The notes under the pieces were generated by a model. It did not search any database. It worked only from the letters and a program-made list of their open reading frames with translations, and was not told the DNA's origin. A DNA stretch of 64,000 nt from a virus. Its lineage: Duplodnaviria; Heunggongvirae; Uroviricota; Caudoviricetes. Shown here in pieces: positions 46,945-56,480 of the stretch. Within the stretch, counting starts at the first letter, position 1. Each line of letters starts with the position of its first letter. The DNA lies in the IMG/VR virus record IMGVR_UViG_3300012348_000120, one strand, 5' to 3'. The translations under genes were made by a program, and so were the position numbers.

Positions 46945-47687
46945 ATGTTATATCTTCCAACTATGTGGGCATAGTAAAAATTATTACCGAACAGTTTCCT
47001 TATGTAGACGGTTCCTGAAAAATCAATTGTGTTATTATTTAGGTCAAGAACCTTGTCCATAAGTTGAGATTCCATAGTATGCATTGGTATTAGCATACGA
47101 AACAAATGACCTTTGGTGTTCTTGAACCAGTAATCATGCTTCGCCGCAGAGTTCAAAAACTTAGTTGTTCGTTTTTTTGCAAAGATCAGCTTTCCTTGGT
47201 AATGCTCACCATTTTTATGATTGTCATTATGTGGAATATCCACAAACTCTTTCATAAGTTCAAATATCTTGTGGTCTTCTTCATACATGCTTGGCAGAGA
47301 AATAACCATACCAACATTGTCTAAGTTCAACGAGTTTTTATTGTCTGCCGCCAGAAATTTTATCAATGCAGTTTGAAACGGAGATAGATGTTCTTCTCCC
47401 ATCATAAGTGCGTAGGCATATTTTTGCTGGTAAAAGTCACGAATTTCTTGTGCTTTTCGAAGTGAGGATTCCGAAATCATATAAGCAGAGGGAGCCATAT
47501 CTGGCTGATTCGTCAATGCAGATGCAACGTCAAACGGCGCATATCCAGCCGATGACGCTGAATGTGGTAGATTTCCATCAAGCCAATGGATTGTCAATGC
47601 AAGAGGGTCAACAGGGTATGTTTTGAATCTTGATTCTATTTCTTTGGATTGTTCGTAATCTTCAAACAATACTTTTAACGTTTGCAT
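46941..47687 (-). CDS. hypothetical protein
   Basis: 248-aa ORF, ATGA-coupled to the downstream gene. Confidence 0.5.
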   Translation of the reverse strand: MQTLKVLFEDYEQSKEIESRFKTYPVDPLALTIHWLDGNLPHSASSAGYAPFDVASALTNQPDMAPSAYMISESSLRKAQEIRDFYQQKYAYALMMGEEHLSPFQTALIKFLAADNKNSLNLDNVGMVISLPSMYEEDHKIFELMKEFVDIPHNDNHKNGEHYQGKLIFAKKRTTKFLNSAAKHDYWFKNTKGHLFRMLIPMHTMESQLMDKVLDLNNNTIDFSGTVYIRKLFGNNFYYAHIVGRYNI

Positions 47688-47691
47688 TTCA

Positions 47692-48021
47692 CTATCCTTT
47701 CATAAACAGATATTGTGCGTATACTTCATCTGGTATTACCATAGACACAGTAAATTTCATTTCCATCGTTGCTGCCTCATAAAAGACTTGTGCGGTGGTG
47801 TGCTCGTCTACGTAGTCTTTTACAAGGTGGAAGTATTCGAACTCGTTGACAAACCAGTTCATCGCATATTCTTGCGCTACTTTTAATTTTACGTCAAATA
47901 CAATCCCATATAAAGAATTGCTTTGAATAAAATTATCTGGTATGGAACCTCTAAAAATGACACGTTTTGCCCATAGACGACCGTCTTTGTGCCAACGATA
48001 ATTGTTCAGTTGTTCCATCAA
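47692..48021 (-). CDS. hypothetical protein
   Basis: 109-aa ORF. Confidence 0.45.
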   Translation of the reverse strand: MMEQLNNYRWHKDGRLWAKRVIFRGSIPDNFIQSNSLYGIVFDVKLKVAQEYAMNWFVNEFEYFHLVKDYVDEHTTAQVFYEAATMEMKFTVSMVIPDEVYAQYLFMKG

Positions 48022-48260
48022 ATCATAGCAGTCCCTTGCTTCAAGTTGAGAACAAAGTTTTCAACAAGCAGCTTGACAATAGACGCCATCGCGACAACCT
48101 CTTTCTCGTTGTCGTTCAACTTCGTCATCATCTCAATAACAGATGCCGCCATCATTTCGTAGGCGACATCTTCTTGTATGGTAAGCTCGCCCCATTCAAT
48201 AGGGTCGGTTATTTCAGCTTCTTTGGCAAGTTTTGCCAACTGTGATGTTGTTATTTGCAT
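48018..48260 (-). CDS. hypothetical acidic protein
   Basis: 80-aa ORF. Confidence 0.45.
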   Translation of the reverse strand: MQITTSQLAKLAKEAEITDPIEWGELTIQEDVAYEMMAASVIEMMTKLNDNEKEVVAMASIVKLLVENFVLNLKQGTAMI

Positions 48261-48267
48261 ACGGTCC

Positions 48268-48528
48268 TTACTTGATGTCGGGAGAATGGACGAAACGTAG
48301 AAACGCTTCTACATCCGCCTTCTCTTTTGGAACCACAACAGTTTTACGAACAGCAGTGTTTGTGGAAAGCCAAGTGTATTGCTCTGACCTCTTCAGGCTT
48401 TTCAATACCCTTCCACGAATGGTCCACTTTCCTTTTCCGCACTCTTTGTTCAGAGTATTTACAACCGCATAAAATTGTTCACGATTAGTGAACACAAACT
48501 CAAATTCATGATCGTTAGTGGCAGTCAT
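48268..48528 (-). CDS. hypothetical protein
   Basis: 86-aa ORF; promoter TTGACA-N17-TAGTAT at 48560-48600. Confidence 0.5.
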   Translation of the reverse strand: MTATNDHEFEFVFTNREQFYAVVNTLNKECGKGKWTIRGRVLKSLKRSEQYTWLSTNTAVRKTVVVPKEKADVEAFLRFVHSPDIK

Positions 48529-48559
48529 TGTCTTTCTCTTTCAGTGTTGGTTTGATTCT

Positions 48560-48600
48560 ACATTTCTCATACTAACAGATAAATACATATATGTCAAGAA
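48560..48600. promoter_or_regulatory. divergent promoter region: minus-strand early promoter plus plus-strand ATAAATAC late-promoter-like box
   Basis: minus-sense cTTGACAtatatgtatttatctgttagTATGAG; plus-sense cagATAAATACat about 40 nt before the ATG at 48620. Confidence 0.45.
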
Positions 48601-48619
48601 ATGATGAAGGGATTTTTCA

Positions 48620-49354
48620 ATGAAATACAATGCAGACATGCTAAAGTGGAAGCGTCTTATCGAAAGTATATCAAGACAAGACGAGCAAGCAGAAGATGAG
48701 CCTGACCATGAAGTTGGTATGGCAAAGGGCCAATTGCTTTCGGCAGTGAAAAATGCAACTCGCATCGCAAAACATCTATCTAAAACCTCAGAAGAAGATG
48801 GAATAGATGGATGGATTGCAAGTAAAATTACATTAGCGAGTGACTACATCGAGAATGTGGCCAACTATATGGACGGTCAATCTCTGAGAGAATCATCAGA
48901 AGGTGGCGACAAGACGGATACCGTGACGATGGATGTTCCTCTCATTCTTCGCATAATGGAATATGCAAGAGAAGAAATAAAAGATGATGTGACTTTGCAC
49001 AAGGTTGCGGAAAAATTGGTTGAGTTGTCAAAAACAAAATCCCTTTCTATGGATGACTACGAATCTATTGTTGGCGAGGCCGCTGCTACTATGACAGAAG
49101 CAAGAGGCGAAGAGGTTTCCTCACCAGAAGAAGCAATTGAGCAAGCATATGACTATCTGGATACTCGCCATGATAGTTTGGATATGGTAGAAATTATGAC
49201 CAAAGATGGATCAGCTTTCATTCTTCGTGATTCCCAAAACCGAAACGGAATAAACTCAATGAAAGAACGCGGATGGAAAACAGTAATCATCGCGCACAAA
49301 GATCGAACTCTTAGAACCACTAAAAAATATGAATACGTGAAAACCGAGCAATAA
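48620..49354 (+). CDS. acidic hypothetical protein; the only plus-strand gene in the window; possible late gene
   Basis: 244-aa ORF with RBS gaaggga; bracketed by the divergent promoter region and a bidirectional terminator. Confidence 0.55.
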   Translation: MKYNADMLKWKRLIESISRQDEQAEDEPDHEVGMAKGQLLSAVKNATRIAKHLSKTSEEDGIDGWIASKITLASDYIENVANYMDGQSLRESSEGGDKTDTVTMDVPLILRIMEYAREEIKDDVTLHKVAEKLVELSKTKSLSMDDYESIVGEAAATMTEARGEEVSSPEEAIEQAYDYLDTRHDSLDMVEIMTKDGSAFILRDSQNRNGINSMKERGWKTVIIAHKDRTLRTTKKYEYVKTEQ

Positions 49355-49355
49355 A

Positions 49356-49395
49356 AAAAAGCCCTACAAAAAGTAGGGCTTTATTATTTCTGAGA
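49356..49395. terminator. bidirectional intrinsic terminator
   Basis: aaaaaaaagccctacaaaaagtagggctttattattt; hairpin flanked by A-tract and T-tract. Confidence 0.7.
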
Positions 49396-49455
49396 GTTAG
49401 TCCTTCGCGGGTTGCCTTATTGTTGACAACTTATGTTATTTATACAAAACTTAAA

Positions 49456-49869
49456 TTATAGCTTTACTTTTCCCTGTTCTATAAGAATTTTTCTATTTGC
49501 TGCATGCGCATCGGCTACTAACTTTTTATTTTCGCCGTTATATGGAACTGCCAAATGATTTTCAAGTAGGTGTTGACTGAGCAAAACTCCATCCACGCGA
49601 ATGTCTCCAAGTATACGCCCATACTTTCCTCTAAACTCCATTGAAACAAGAGTACATTCCTTTCCAACTGGAAGCATTTCTGTCACACATTTTTTGGCCA
49701 GCAGTCCAAATACTTTTTCTTGGGCATCTAATGTTTTGCTTTCTGGTGTATCAATTCCCTGAATGCGAATACGTTCTGATTGCATCCACACTCCGAACCC
49801 CAAGTCAATGTTCACATCAACTGTGTCGCCATCTATTACTTCTACGATCACGCATCTATACTCATACAT
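49456..49869 (-). CDS. staphylococcal-nuclease (SNase/thermonuclease)-like nuclease
   Basis: VIDGDTVDV...IRIQGIDTPE...GKYGRILGDI matches SNase fold motifs. Confidence 0.65.
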   Translation of the reverse strand: MYEYRCVIVEVIDGDTVDVNIDLGFGVWMQSERIRIQGIDTPESKTLDAQEKVFGLLAKKCVTEMLPVGKECTLVSMEFRGKYGRILGDIRVDGVLLSQHLLENHLAVPYNGENKKLVADAHAANRKILIEQGKVKL

Positions 49870-50867
49870 TATTCAATATCCTTCTTGCTTACTTGTTTCC
49901 ATTCACCATAAATTCCATGATCTGGCAAGTATAGCATACGGTCGTTCCAAGATATTTCTGTTCCACTTTCAATTATTGCATCAATATTTTCTACGTAACT
50001 ATTCATGTAATGATCTGGAAGTTCTTTTCCAACTTCATAGAACGATAAACTCTCTTCAGATGCAAACAGCCAAAAACTATTCACGCCGTAATTCAAACTG
50101 TCTGGCTCATCAATATAGCAGTATTTTCCATTTTCCAATAGCTTTATCATAGTACCAAGATGTGCGTAACGATTTCTGTGTGTTCCAGTAGGAGGAACTA
50201 ATGCAACTACATCAGTTTCGTTTACGATGCGAGTAAGTTTTATTTTACCTCTCATCACACGAGTTCCTATTGAATCTGTGACTTTTGGCTGTCCAAAGGT
50301 AATACACTCAGCGATGTTGAAATTACTGTAATCTAAATACCAAGACACAATAAGGGCTTGTGCCGCACCAAGGCTGTGACCAGTAACATATATGCTGTAT
50401 GTTTTGTCTAAGCGATTTAGCAAATCATCCGCAATTAGTTCTGCGGTTCTATGAAATCCAGTATGCAGATAAATTCCCAAACGAAAACTTTTGTCTTTTA
50501 GAAAGTTTATGTCTTGTAATGCGTTGTGTGAATTATTTGTTCCACGAATTGAAATGTAATACTTTTTTGTGGCATCGTCTTTCAATACGATATATTTGAT
50601 GCTATTGATTTCATGTATGTAAATTTCTGAGAAGGTTTCATACTTTTTGCGTATAACATCGTTGTCTCTTTTGTATGCGTATGCAGCAAGAACAGCGAAC
50701 CAACGAATGTTGACCCAATCGATCTCACGTGATCGTTCAACGTTCTGAACGAACGTTTCGTCCAGTCTGTATCTTTTTACGATTGCTCTGCGAATAAGTT
50801 TTGCAAAATTGGCAATAAGCCATTTTTGAAATACATGCCGTAGCAAGTATGAAATAATAATACTCAT
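49869..50867 (-). CDS. class-3 (fungal-type) lipase-like alpha/beta hydrolase with N-terminal hydrophobic segment
   Basis: ISIRGT motif and nucleophile elbow VTGHSLGAAQA. Confidence 0.7.
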   Translation of the reverse strand: MSIIISYLLRHVFQKWLIANFAKLIRRAIVKRYRLDETFVQNVERSREIDWVNIRWFAVLAAYAYKRDNDVIRKKYETFSEIYIHEINSIKYIVLKDDATKKYYISIRGTNNSHNALQDINFLKDKSFRLGIYLHTGFHRTAELIADDLLNRLDKTYSIYVTGHSLGAAQALIVSWYLDYSNFNIAECITFGQPKVTDSIGTRVMRGKIKLTRIVNETDVVALVPPTGTHRNRYAHLGTMIKLLENGKYCYIDEPDSLNYGVNSFWLFASEESLSFYEVGKELPDHYMNSYVENIDAIIESGTEISWNDRMLYLPDHGIYGEWKQVSKKDIE

Positions 50868-50900
50868 AGCGTCTCTCCCAACAGCTATGAGTATTTATCG

Positions 50901-51764
50901 TCAATCTTTGAATTTGTTCTCTATGTAATTTATAATTTCTTCAACACTTGACAGACGAAGTGAGGATGCCTTTGCTAAAAACTTATCCAAGTCTGGACGC
51001 GACGAGCCATTTCTTGCATTATGTATATCTGCGGCCAATGATCGTTTAGCATCATTTTTATACCAGCCATCCATATTAGACAACAGGCGTCTTGCATCTT
51101 TACTGAGTTTTGATTTATCTGGAACCGACAACAACTCCATATATGGTGCAAAGTAGTTCCTTGAAACACGGGCGTATGGTTTTACTATCTCTTGGTTGGT
51201 GTCATATTTTAGAGTTGAAATGCTTACTGATTTTGACGTATTCAACAGTTTGAATGCTTCTATGTCATCATATACATACATCTTTATTCCAAGTTTATTC
51301 GCCATCAGATATGCAGCCCGTAGCCATCTTACGCTTTTTGCCTTCATATCTTCATCTGATTCTGCTTTGTAAAATACGTGTATCTCTTTTAGATACTTTG
51401 ACGCACCTTCAATGTATGGCTTTTTACTGAACAAACGATCTTCCATTTCATCTTTGTTGCCCCATCCCCAATAGTCAATTGGGTTGCCAGTATATCCATC
51501 TTGTTTTAACTGTCTGCCATCAATCACCAAGAGTGCAAGATTTCCAGCATACTTGCTTGGTTGATGATAATCTCCCATCTTGCTTCTTGCGAAACTCATG
51601 TAATAGATACGGTTTTTCTTTCGTAGATTTGCTTCTGCGTCCGTGCCAATGTCTGGAGTCAATTGAAATTTGTTATTTTTTAGAATGCTCAACACATTAT
51701 ACAAACTGGTAGAATGATAGAGTATATCACTCAATCCTTCGGTTATAATTTGTGACATTTTCAT
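50901..51764 (-). CDS. hypothetical protein (start trimmed to MKMSQIITEG); ATAAATAC late-promoter-like box upstream
   Basis: RBS ggagaacatca before the ATG; gene-sense ttgATAAATACatcaaatacc about 25 nt upstream. Confidence 0.5.
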   Translation of the reverse strand: MKMSQIITEGLSDILYHSTSLYNVLSILKNNKFQLTPDIGTDAEANLRKKNRIYYMSFARSKMGDYHQPSKYAGNLALLVIDGRQLKQDGYTGNPIDYWGWGNKDEMEDRLFSKKPYIEGASKYLKEIHVFYKAESDEDMKAKSVRWLRAAYLMANKLGIKMYVYDDIEAFKLLNTSKSVSISTLKYDTNQEIVKPYARVSRNYFAPYMELLSVPDKSKLSKDARRLLSNMDGWYKNDAKRSLAADIHNARNGSSRPDLDKFLAKASSLRLSSVEEIINYIENKFKD

Positions 51765-51815
51765 TGATGTTCTCCAACTGGTATTTGATGTATTTATCAA
51801 AAAAAACGCAGCCAA

Positions 51816-51850
51816 TAAAGGCTGCGTTGAGTAGGAAAACCAAATGAAAT
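51816..51850 (-). terminator. intrinsic terminator
   Basis: gene-sense caacgcagcctttattggctgcgtttttttt. Confidence 0.65.
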
Positions 51851-51859
51851 TATTATATA

Positions 51860-52102
51860 TTATGCCATGAAGCCAGTTCGTTTACGTGGATCGCCATAGT
51901 GTTCACGGGCGTTCACGCGAATGAACTTTTTGTTAGTTTCATTCTTGTTTGGGTTTTCAATGGTAATCACTACGTTCTTACCAGCTTTCCATGCCAGAAG
52001 CTGGTTCATAATCCGATCCGCAGGATGACGAGTTGCGGTCTTCATTGACCCAATACGTTCACCCTTGGAAGTGTAATGCTTACCAGATGCTTTCTTACCC
52101 AT
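51860..52102 (-). CDS. small basic hypothetical protein
   Basis: 80-aa Lys/Arg-rich ORF. Confidence 0.5.
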   Translation of the reverse strand: MGKKASGKHYTSKGERIGSMKTATRHPADRIMNQLLAWKAGKNVVITIENPNKNETNKKFIRVNAREHYGDPRKRTGFMA

Positions 52103-52103
52103 T

Positions 52104-52619
52104 TTATAGTCCTTCTTTGTTGATTTTGTATGGAATGATCTTTACGTCTTCAAACTTTTGACCAAACGTATCGATCCAGTGTTTCAGTCTATTTTCAGCT
52201 TCTTTGTGTGTTTCAAAACCCCACTCTTGGTGAATATCTCCCCAAGAGCCATACCATCTAAACTGCAATCTCCACCTGTCCACTAATTCAACATCAGTGT
52301 TTGGTTTCAATTTTAGCTGTCGTTCAAGTTCAGCAACACGTTCTTTGTAGAACTTTGTTTCATCAGAATTTGAATATACCACAGATTCGGCTTTGATGTC
52401 AAGTCTTTTTTCTAATACTTTTGAATTCAATGGAAGTGCGATATTTGGATTTTCAGTTGCGGATGTTTGAATATATTCTGGTGGATCACAGACGGTGTAT
52501 GGCATAACTGCCATGTTTACATAACCCTTATGTCCATCCTCATCCGAAACTTCCCATACGTTTGGAGTTGTGAGTTCAAACCCACGGCGATGACAAGTTG
52601 TGTATACTTTCATAACCAA
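52104..52619 (-). CDS. hypothetical protein
   Basis: 171-aa ORF. Confidence 0.5.
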   Translation of the reverse strand: MVMKVYTTCHRRGFELTTPNVWEVSDEDGHKGYVNMAVMPYTVCDPPEYIQTSATENPNIALPLNSKVLEKRLDIKAESVVYSNSDETKFYKERVAELERQLKLKPNTDVELVDRWRLQFRWYGSWGDIHQEWGFETHKEAENRLKHWIDTFGQKFEDVKIIPYKINKEGL

Positions 52620-53329
52620 GCATCCAATATGGGCAATAGTTTTTGTGTAAGGTTTGCAGCTTTTTCACTGCTTTCGTCTACAAACGTATCAAAATCAAAG
52701 TGAGACGTATTTCCAGCCAAGTCACTCAAAACACGAATGACAATGAATGGCTTGCTCCAGTTACAGCAAACTTGTGCGATTGCCGCACCTTCCATTTCAA
52801 CTGCGTCTGCGCCGAATTTGTTTCGTAGTTGTTCTCTGGTTGTGCTACAAGCCACATAGGTGTCGCCTGTCAAGACCTTGCCAAAGTAAACATCATGGTC
52901 TGGTCCGAGAAGATGGCGAATGGTATTCTTCATTGCGGTTGGCATTTTGTAAGAGACGTTTTTATCATCTTCGGTATACCCAGGAAAACTCCCAGGAATC
53001 GCATTGAAGAAAACACTTTTTGACATTGTGCCGTAATCATGCTGCACAAGTTCATCTGCAATGATGACTTGTCCTATATTGAGTTTTGGATTTATTCCAC
53101 CAGCAACGCCGCTAAAAATAATCCCATCACAGTTGTAGTGGCCAAGAAGCAAAGAAGTGGTCATTGCAGCGTTTACTTTTCCAATACCGCACTCTGCGGC
53201 AATTACGTCAACGCCGTTGATTGTTCCAAATTGGAATATCTTGTTTATTATAGATTCTGTTCTTGGTGCAGCGTCCCAAGATAATTTAGAATATTCTTCT
53301 GGAATTGCGGATATTACGCCAATTGGCAT
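52610..53329 (-). CDS. mtnN: 5'-methylthioadenosine/S-adenosylhomocysteine nucleosidase
   Basis: GVISAIPEE..., SGVAGGINP, AVEMEGAAIAQVC, VIRVLSDLAGN match Pfs/MtnN. Confidence 0.8.
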   Translation of the reverse strand: MPIGVISAIPEEYSKLSWDAAPRTESIINKIFQFGTINGVDVIAAECGIGKVNAAMTTSLLLGHYNCDGIIFSGVAGGINPKLNIGQVIIADELVQHDYGTMSKSVFFNAIPGSFPGYTEDDKNVSYKMPTAMKNTIRHLLGPDHDVYFGKVLTGDTYVACSTTREQLRNKFGADAVEMEGAAIAQVCCNWSKPFIVIRVLSDLAGNTSHFDFDTFVDESSEKAANLTQKLLPILDAWL

Positions 53330-53631
53330 TAGGCTGGCTCCACCGTAGATTTTAGTGGATGGTCATGAACTTTGGCTACATGAGAAACATCTGAAACCTT
53401 TTGTTCTGCGATTTCCAAGTTATACATTCCCACAATTGCTTTGCCTTCTTCGTGAATCTTCATTGTAAGATCAAAAGAAGTTTGAGGATCATGATGGAAG
53501 ATTTCAATCAATACATCAACGACGAAATCCATTGGAGTTGTGTCATCATTATGCATAATGACATAATAGTTAAGAGGTTCAGTAATTTCTACTTCAGTTC
53601 GACTTGATGATTTTACTTCTGCTATTGACAT
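53329..53631 (-). CDS. clpS: ClpS ATP-dependent Clp protease adaptor
   Basis: YYVIMHNDDTTPMDFVVDVL...GKAIVGMY matches the ClpS core. Confidence 0.8.
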   Translation of the reverse strand: MSIAEVKSSSRTEVEITEPLNYYVIMHNDDTTPMDFVVDVLIEIFHHDPQTSFDLTMKIHEEGKAIVGMYNLEIAEQKVSDVSHVAKVHDHPLKSTVEPA

Positions 53632-53680
53632 TGTTTCTATCCAGTAAAGGTGAGGGGCTTATTCAGCCCCTCTGTTAAAA

Positions 53681-54118
53681 TTATACTTGAGTGATCTCGA
53701 TGCGCTTTGGCTGTAGTTCTGGTGGAACAACTCTGGTTAGATGAATGTTCAACATTCCCAACTCCAATGTTGCATTAGAGATTTCGATATGATCCGCAAG
53801 AGTAAACTCTCTACGGAATGCCCGACCTGCAATACCTTTGTGTAGGTAATTTACTTCTTCCTCACCCGATGGCGGTGTTCCTTCAATTCGCAATATGTTT
53901 TTATCGCGAGTGATTTCAAGGTTGTCCATTCCAAATCCAGCCACGGCCAGAGTAACCATATACTCATTTTCATTGATCTGTGCAACATTATATGGAGGGT
54001 ATCCCCCACTGTTGACTCCACTCAGTTGCGCGTCAAGCGCACTTAGTAACTTGTCAAAACCAATTGTTGCACTGTATAGGTGTGGAATAGATGAAGATGT
54101 AATTTTTCGTTGTGTCAT
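53681..54118 (-). CDS. small heat-shock protein (Hsp20/alpha-crystallin family; IbpA-like)
   Basis: alpha-crystallin domain (YNVAQINENEYMVTLAVAGF...ILRIEG...AFRREFTL); start trimmed to MTQRK after AAGGAGA. Confidence 0.75.
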   Translation of the reverse strand: MTQRKITSSSIPHLYSATIGFDKLLSALDAQLSGVNSGGYPPYNVAQINENEYMVTLAVAGFGMDNLEITRDKNILRIEGTPPSGEEEVNYLHKGIAGRAFRREFTLADHIEISNATLELGMLNIHLTRVVPPELQPKRIEITQV

Positions 54119-54169
54119 TTTTTTCTCCTTAATAAGCAAGAATATCGTGACCCATTATGGCGTCACAGT

Positions 54170-54215
54170 AAAGTTCAAATCATTATGAAACTTTACACCA
54201 TCAATATAACACTTT
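54170..54215 (-). promoter_or_regulatory. sigma70-type promoter with about 80-nt structured leader upstream of hsp20
   Basis: gene-sense TTGACAatcaacataaaaagtgtTATATT, then hairpin gtgacgccataatgggtcac. Confidence 0.5.
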
Positions 54216-54235
54216 TTATGTTGATTGTCAATAGT

Positions 54236-54505
54236 TTAGAGACCAATTTTTTCAGAAAAAAGTTCAATACTTTTTGCTGGTCCGACTTGACTTGGCAATC
54301 CCCCATACTCATCCATGTATGACTGAATGACAGACTTATACCATAGTTGAGAATTGTGGTGTGCCAGTTTATTGAACTTTGAAAGTCCATCATTTGTCCC
54401 GTCCATTGTCAATAATGCACGGGTAGATTCTTTTTGCAATGTTCTCAAATCCAGACTGTCTAAGTTGATCAGTCGTTTCTCATCTGACGTAGCTTCTTCT
54501 GCCAT
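54236..54505 (-). CDS. hypothetical protein
   Basis: 89-aa ORF. Confidence 0.45.
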   Translation of the reverse strand: MAEEATSDEKRLINLDSLDLRTLQKESTRALLTMDGTNDGLSKFNKLAHHNSQLWYKSVIQSYMDEYGGLPSQVGPAKSIELFSEKIGL

Positions 54506-54717
54506 CTTTTTTTGCCCGCATCTTTATCTTTTCTGCGTTTCTCACTTCCACCAACATATTCTTGGCGGTCGCGATATTCTTGAATGATGTTTTCATCAAC
54601 GCATAGTTTTTTGAACCTACGGATTGCACGTTCAACATTTCCATTCTTCACAGTGACAGTTGTCCCTGATTTAATGTGTCGCTCTTGGTCGTTGCCTTTT
54701 ATATAATGTTTAGCCAT
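54469..54717 (-). CDS. rpsU: ribosomal protein S21 homolog
   Basis: VKNGNVERAIRRFKKLCVDENIIQEYRDRQEY...KRRKDKDAGKKRWQKKL parallels bacterial bS21. Confidence 0.65.
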   Translation of the reverse strand: MAKHYIKGNDQERHIKSGTTVTVKNGNVERAIRRFKKLCVDENIIQEYRDRQEYVGGSEKRRKDKDAGKKRWQKKLRQMRND

Positions 54718-55234
54718 CTTTTGTTATAACACCTGTAATTCGATTTCCCGATTGTTTAAGTTCTTGTTCATATTTGAAGTTTGAAAGAAGTGATGCAATA
54801 TCATCTATCATGCTTGCAATCACATCAGACCCTTTCGTGATCTCCCGACCACGAAGTGGAATTGTAATTTTTACTTTTGCATTAGCTTCAAGGAACTTCA
54901 TAACCTGTTTCATTTTGATTTCAAGGTCATGAATACCGATTCCCGGTCTGATCTTTACCTCTTTTACTTCAACAACATTCTGTCGTGCTTTTTTCTCAGC
55001 ATCTTTCTGACGCTTTTTTTGCTCGTAGGTATATTTAGCTACATCAACAATTCGTGCAACAGGAGGGTTGCTTTGTAGTGTGATTACAACTAAATCCAGA
55101 TTTTTATTATAGGCAAGACTTCTTGCTTTTGATGTTTCCATAACACCAAGTTGAGTTCCATCATCATCGATGACTCTGACCTCAGTGCTTTTAATATACT
55201 CGTTGTAGACGATTGTGTTGGCGGAATTAGTCAT
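54710..55234 (-). CDS. infC: translation initiation factor IF-3 homolog
   Basis: N- and C-domains align with E. coli IF3 ([14 protein letters not shown]...LDLVVI...PPVARIVD...[14 protein letters not shown]...[12 protein letters not shown]); start trimmed to MTNSANT overlapping the clpX stop. Confidence 0.75.
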   Translation of the reverse strand: MTNSANTIVYNEYIKSTEVRVIDDDGTQLGVMETSKARSLAYNKNLDLVVITLQSNPPVARIVDVAKYTYEQKKRQKDAEKKARQNVVEVKEVKIRPGIGIHDLEIKMKQVMKFLEANAKVKITIPLRGREITKGSDVIASMIDDIASLLSNFKYEQELKQSGNRITGVITKDG

Positions 55235-56471
55235 TTTGAGTATCGGAAAGTCCTTGCTCGTCATTGAATACCATAATAGGTTTGTTGCTTCCTTCGATAA
55301 ATTCTTTGGTGATAATCACCTTTTTCAGTCCTTCTTTTGCAAGAGTTGGTAATTTAAATTGTAGTTGTAGTAGAGATTTTTCAATAACACTACGAAGACC
55401 ACGCGCACCAGTTTTGTTATTTATTGCTTGCTTCGCAACAGACTTGATTGCATCATCTGTAAATTCAAGTTCAACATTATCAAGGCTGAACAAGCGAATA
55501 AATTGGCTTACGATGTTGTTCTTTGGCGCAGTCATTACATGAATAAGCTGTTCCTCTGACAAGTTGTCCAGTCCAACAATGATAGGAAAGCGGCCCATAA
55601 ATTCTGGAATAAGACCGAATTTCATAAGGTCTTGTGCCATAATGTTCTGCCGAACATTTACTTCATCATTTTCAGATTTTACACTTGCATTGAAGCCAAT
55701 GCCACTCTTTTTGTTGACACGGCGCTCAATTATCTTATCTACGCCAACGAATGCCCCGCCGACAATGAATAGAATGTTAGTGGTATTTACCTCAATCATA
55801 TCTTGGCCAGGATGCTTTCTGCCGCCGCCAGGGGGGACACGAACCTTGGTGCCTTCAACGATTTTCAGAAGTGCTTGCTGGACGCCTTCACCAGAAACAT
55901 CTTTTGTAATCGACACGTTTTCGCCTTTCTTGGCTTTCTTGTCAATTTCATCAATGTATACAATTCCACGCTCTGCTTTTTCAATATCAAAGTCAGCAGC
56001 AATAAGTAGACGCTGAACGACATTTTCAACATCTTCTCCAACATACCCACTTTCAGTGAGTGTAGTGGCGTCCACTTGTGCGAATGGGACATCCAATATT
56101 TTAGCAACTGTTTTTGCGATCAGTGTTTTGCCTGTGCCAGACGGACCCAAAAGAATGACGTTAGATTTCTCAATCTCAATGTCACTATTTGTATGATTGA
56201 TACGCTTGTAATGATTATATACGGCCACACTCAATACTTCTTTTGCTTCATCTTGACCAATGATGTATTGGTCAAGATGTGCTTTTATTTCTTCTGGTGT
56301 GGGGAAACTGTCAGTAGATTTGTGCTTTTCCGACTTTTTCTGATGAATAATGTCATAGCATAAATCAATACACTCATCACATATATAAATTCCTGGCCCT
56401 GCAATTAGCGTGTTGACTTCGGATTTGTTCTTGCCGCAAAACGAACAAGAGTAGTTTTTATTATCAGACAT
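55227..56471 (-). CDS. clpX: ClpX ATP-dependent unfoldase (full length, with C4 zinc-binding domain and IGF loop)
   Basis: CSFCGK...CDEC ZBD, Walker A GPSGTGKT, pore loop GYVG, IGF docking tripeptide, sensor motifs. Confidence 0.9.
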   Translation of the reverse strand: MSDNKNYSCSFCGKNKSEVNTLIAGPGIYICDECIDLCYDIIHQKKSEKHKSTDSFPTPEEIKAHLDQYIIGQDEAKEVLSVAVYNHYKRINHTNSDIEIEKSNVILLGPSGTGKTLIAKTVAKILDVPFAQVDATTLTESGYVGEDVENVVQRLLIAADFDIEKAERGIVYIDEIDKKAKKGENVSITKDVSGEGVQQALLKIVEGTKVRVPPGGGRKHPGQDMIEVNTTNILFIVGGAFVGVDKIIERRVNKKSGIGFNASVKSENDEVNVRQNIMAQDLMKFGLIPEFMGRFPIIVGLDNLSEEQLIHVMTAPKNNIVSQFIRLFSLDNVELEFTDDAIKSVAKQAINNKTGARGLRSVIEKSLLQLQFKLPTLAKEGLKKVIITKEFIEGSNKPIMVFNDEQGLSDTQND

Positions 56472-56480
56472 ATTTCCTCG

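Noticed and set aside
50901-51764. Possible Alt/Mod-type ADP-ribosyltransferase because of an STS tripeptide (YHSTSLY)
   Set aside because: The STS lies near the N-terminus without a preceding catalytic Arg or a downstream ExE motif; it does not fit the R-S-E arrangement.
51860-52102. 80-aa basic protein considered as a ribosomal protein (L28/L31/L33-like)
   Set aside because: No convincing motif match from memory; it lacks the CxxC pairs of L31/L33. Left as hypothetical.
54170-54215. A sigma32 heat-shock promoter upstream of hsp20
   Set aside because: The sequence fits sigma70 (TTGACA-N17-TATATT) and not the CTTGAAA / CCCCATNT sigma32 consensus.
55227-56471. ClpP adjacent to ClpX
   Set aside because: No ORF in the window carries the ClpP Ser-His-Asp motifs; a partner protease, if any, must be host-encoded or outside this window.
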